IMG/VR virus record: IMGVR_UViG_3300028888_000002
Reading direction: 5' to 3' (one strand)
Source of the DNA: a virus
Lineage: Duplodnaviria > Caudoviricetes
Length of the DNA: 64,000 nucleotides
In this document: piece after piece, positions 62,339 to 64,000 of the stretch
Position numbering within the stretch: position 1 is the stretch's first letter
How the letters are laid out: each line of letters starts with the position of its first letter
Position numbers and translations under genes: made by a program
Notes under the pieces: model-generated
What the model was told of the DNA's origin: nothing
Database searches by the model: none
Seen by the model: only the letters and a program-made list of their open reading frames with translations

Positions 62339-62555
62339 TTCGTTTCCTCGGTTTTTGTGAAAAGTTGTATGAATAAGTTTGTCCGTTGTCGGACAAGCAG
62401 CCTGCCGTAACGTCCAGGCATTGAAAGGTCCGTGAAACTTCGTCGTCCACCTGGGGTTCTACAAGTTTACGGAGTTCCGTTTCGGACAAGGTGCTGCTGT
62501 TCGCAGACACCTTAACCGTCACGGTGTAAGTCTTTTCAAAGACCAATTTAGCCAT
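62295..62555 (-). CDS. hypothetical protein
   Basis: Start MAKLVFE. Confidence 0.5.
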   Translation of the reverse strand: MAKLVFEKTYTVTVKVSANSSTLSETELRKLVEPQVDDEVSRTFQCLDVTAGCLSDNGQTYSYNFSQKPRKRNGYQKTETRKRRKA

Positions 62556-62751
62556 TAAGCCATTCCTCTTCGGGGATAACCTTGATACGCTTTGTAACTT
62601 CGGATATAAACACGTCGTCACCTAGATTTTGGCTCTTAACAAAGGTGGCGTGTTCCACAGCGGATTTCTTTGTCCCGAACGTTGCGGTATAGTTTTCGTG
62701 TGAAACCTTGTCATACCAGGTTACGTTATATTCAATAACTGCGTTTTCCAT
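62548..62751 (-). CDS. hypothetical protein
   Basis: Start MENAVIE after AAGGA. Confidence 0.55.
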   Translation of the reverse strand: MENAVIEYNVTWYDKVSHENYTATFGTKKSAVEHATFVKSQNLGDDVFISEVTKRIKVIPEEEWLNG

Positions 62752-62801
62752 TTTTGTTTTCCTTTTCTTAAAGTGGCAAGGATAAAATAACAAAAATGTT
62801 T

Positions 62802-63383
62802 TTAGAACGAATACTCTTTGTCTGCGTCAATATCGGTTCCCGCCACGTCGCCAACCATAAGGACTTGAACGCCTATCTTGTCCACAAGCGTAGCGATTAC
62901 CTGCCCAAGTTCCTTACGGGGCTTGACTTCTTCACCGTCACGCAAATGCCCGAACGGTTCGTCAAGCAGCAAGAACGGTCGCTTGCCTGCAAGACGCAAG
63001 CAGCCGACACGCAGGGCGAAGCTAACGGAGTCAACTAGACCGCCACCCGAAGAATCCAACGGGTCCAACTTCGCACCGCCCTTACAAATACGGAACTCCG
63101 TGTCAACCTTGCCACGCTTCGGGACAAAGTTCACGGCAAATTCATAACCAGGGAAAAGCAGGTCCAGGCAATTCTGCACGGACCTTTGAACAGCGTCTTT
63201 AAGTTGGTCCTGCGTCTTTGACGCAACGTCCTGCAAGAGAGCCAGGGCTTTCTTTTGGTTGCTGCAATCAGCCTGCAAGCCTTCCAACTTCTTTCGGTTG
63301 TCTGCAAGCGACTTTTCGGCAAGGTCAAGTTGGGCACGACCCGACACGACTTTCTTGTGAAAATCTTCCAGGGTCAGCGACAT
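62802..63383 (-). CDS. SbcC/Rad50 C-terminal half: coiled coil, ABC signature, Walker B
   Basis: PLDSSGGGLVDSVSFALR, FLLLDEPFGHL. Confidence 0.85.
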   Translation of the reverse strand: MSLTLEDFHKKVVSGRAQLDLAEKSLADNRKKLEGLQADCSNQKKALALLQDVASKTQDQLKDAVQRSVQNCLDLLFPGYEFAVNFVPKRGKVDTEFRICKGGAKLDPLDSSGGGLVDSVSFALRVGCLRLAGKRPFLLLDEPFGHLRDGEEVKPRKELGQVIATLVDKIGVQVLMVGDVAGTDIDADKEYSF

Positions 63384-63625
63384 TACACACCCGCTTCGGT
63401 AAGAAGTTTGTCGGCAGCTTCAAGGTATTCTTCCTGGGCTGCACGGTTGTCTTCAAGTTCCTGCTCAATCTTTTCCTGCAACGCTTCGGCTTCTGCAAGG
63501 GAAGAAACGTTGTAGTCACGCTGCCAGGTTTCTTCAATAGCCTTTTTCTTGCCCTCGGCTTCGGAGCGTTGATTTTTGAGTTTGTCAATACGGGCTTTGA
63601 CGTTTTCAATATCTACTGTTGCCAT
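63383..63625 (-). CDS. 80-aa coiled-coil protein coupled to the Rad50 C-half
   Basis: Heptad pattern; TAATG overlap with the next gene. Confidence 0.7.
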   Translation of the reverse strand: MATVDIENVKARIDKLKNQRSEAEGKKKAIEETWQRDYNVSSLAEAEALQEKIEQELEDNRAAQEEYLEAADKLLTEAGV

Positions 63626-63670
63626 TTTTCGGTTTTCCTTTTTGGTTCTAATTGTTATATAGTCCGTGGG

Positions 63671-64000
63671 CTACTTTTTTTCTTCGGGGACATAGGAATC
63701 AATAATGTCCTGTGTAGCCTTGCGAACTTCCTTGTCCTTTTCTTTCAAAATCGCAGCCTGCACGTTTGCGATAAAGTCAAGGTGCGGGACTTCAAAATCC
63801 TGCAAGCCTTCCAGGTAGGTTTCAAGTTCCTGGCGGGATTCACGCTTCGGGTCGGGGTGGACCTTTCCGAACTTTTTGAGCGGGACTTCCTTTACGGACA
63901 AATCGGACGTGTCAAGAATGTAGCAGCGGGGCTTGTAGTCTTCCATATCCGAAGCCTGGATATTCAAGCAGCCACAGGTCACGACGGACGCATTCTTGAA
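63671..64000 (-). CDS. SbcD/Mre11 (gp47-like) nuclease, C-terminal part (truncated by the window edge)
   Basis: VVTCGCLNIQASDMEDYKPRCYILD resembles the NPGS..R...D....P tail of SbcD; adjacent to the Rad50 halves. Confidence 0.55.
   Translation of the reverse strand, partial: FKNASVVTCGCLNIQASDMEDYKPRCYILDTSDLSVKEVPLKKFGKVHPDPKRESRQELETYLEGLQDFEVPHLDFIANVQAAILKEKDKEVRKATQDIIDSYVPEEKK

Noticed and set aside
1-64000. Stop-codon reassignment
   Set aside because: Polymerase, helicases, primase and RecA are intact in code 11, and TAA, TAG and TGA all end genes.

Overview
This 64-kb window is part of a large dsDNA tailed-phage genome of roughly 50% GC, with essentially all real genes on the minus strand. 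A Fib_succ_major/FISUMP-like gene hints at a Fibrobacter-type (or Bacteroidota) host. Contents: (i) arrays of small early genes, each headed by a repeated ~85-bp sigma70-type promoter cassette (8 copies plus 1 degenerate) whose -35 box sits inside an inverted repeat; (ii) a replication/recombination block (RecA/UvsX, gp32-like SSB, UvsY-like, DnaX clamp loader, family A polymerase with an N-terminal UDG-like domain, two beta-clamp-like proteins, DnaB-like helicase, SNF2 helicase with a mini-intein, primase, HNH endonuclease, split SbcC/Rad50 and SbcD); (iii) a second compact promoter motif, CGCTA-N5-CTATATW (14 copies), and a phage sigma-factor-like gene; (iv) four paralogous beta-class DNA methyltransferases; (v) a tRNA-CAT and a small amidase/structural/glycosyltransferase island. 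The most interesting signals are an apparent anti-restriction system (four MTases with conserved ends, variable middles and a shared C-terminal peptide, in a genome purged of many 4-bp palindromes and of CCAG outside CCWGG); a ~400-nt structured ncRNA candidate with its own promoter and terminator; a 57-aa domain shared between RecA and an unrelated protein; and an acyl-carrier-protein-like protein lacking the phosphopantetheine serine. All calls come from motif recognition by eye; no searches or k-mer counts were run.
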